DNA of 25,372 bases, taken from Candidatus Fraserbacteria bacterium. Its GTDB lineage: Bacteria; Bipolaricaulota; Bipolaricaulia; RBG-16-55-9. This document shows positions 25,087 through 25,372 of this stretch, piece after piece. A program made the translations under genes and the position numbers. How positions within the stretch are numbered: position 1 is the stretch's first letter; each line of letters begins with the position of its first letter. The notes under the pieces are model-generated. The model was not told where the DNA came from and ran no database searches. It was given only the letters and a program-made list of their open reading frames with translations. The stretch lies in contig JBBIPG010000033.1 in assembly GCA_037442925.1 (NCBI GenBank), positions 1 through 25,372 on the forward strand, written 5' to 3'.

Positions 25087-25365
25087 TTGCCCTTTCAGGA
25101 AACTCTTCAATGGGGGTTGGCAACCAGGCTTCAAGCATTTCGATGTAGGCAGGTCGTGTCGGGACTTCTTCTCGTGACTTTATCACTAGGGCTCTTTGGA
25201 TGTGCCCAAGGATTCGATGTTCCTACGGCAACCACAGGGAATGATGGCTTTGTAGACATCCTTGAGCTGGGAGGAGTCACCGCCTATGGTAAGCCGGTGA
25301 CCCTCAATGAAGAATTCCTCCCAGCTGCTGCAGTTTACCGAGGCCTGTATGCAACTGGCAACTGA
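25087..25365 (+). CDS. Small putative lipoprotein downstream of the c-di-GMP riboswitch (start uncertain: TTG 25087 or TTG 25117)
   Basis: Basic N-region, hydrophobic stretch VVSGLLLVTLSLG, lipobox-like LFG|C; TGA stop 7 nt before the window end. Confidence 0.55.
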   Translation: MPFQETLQWGLATRLQAFRCRQVVSGLLLVTLSLGLFGCAQGFDVPTATTGNDGFVDILELGGVTAYGKPVTLNEEFLPAAAVYRGLYATGN

Positions 25366-25372
25366 GCAGGTG

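Noticed and set aside
25363..25372. TGA read-through, selenocysteine or frameshift in the last ORF
   Set aside because: Only 7 nt of downstream sequence are visible, so it cannot be evaluated; there is no redox-motif context.
1..25372. CRISPR arrays, tRNA/rRNA genes, IS elements
   Set aside because: None seen by eye; intergenic spaces are short and largely accounted for.

Overview
Bacterial chromosomal segment, mostly housekeeping. The C-terminal domain style of the 23.4 kb secreted protein suggests Ca. Bipolaricaulota/Fraserbacteria (inference only). Left: a branched-chain/neutral amino-acid ABC transporter (5'-truncated binding protein on +, converging on livG-livF-livH-livM on -) and dnaB carrying a 378-aa LAGLIDADG intein. 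Middle: glutaryl-CoA dehydrogenase-like and acetate-CoA ligase-like genes, then a long minus-strand run metG / rplU-prp-like-rpmA-obgE / infC(AUC start)-rpmI-rplT-glyQ-glyS-alpha/beta hydrolase-7Fe ferredoxin-GNAT-C45 peptidase. Right (22.9-25.4 kb), an accessory patch: a start-less neprosin (DUF239)-like remnant missed by the ORF track, a secreted Pro-rich EF-hand protein with a T9SS-CTD/FlgD-like tail, a PemK/MazF toxin-antitoxin pair and a c-di-GMP-I riboswitch before a small lipoprotein. Most notable: (1) a Prp homologue lacking both catalytic residues beside an L27 without the cleavable extension; (2) Dx[DN]xDG Ca-binding motifs on both the binding protein and the LivH permease; (3) the neprosin remnant and EF-hand/sorting-domain protein; (4) an intein at LRE|SG and an apparently leaderless dnaB.
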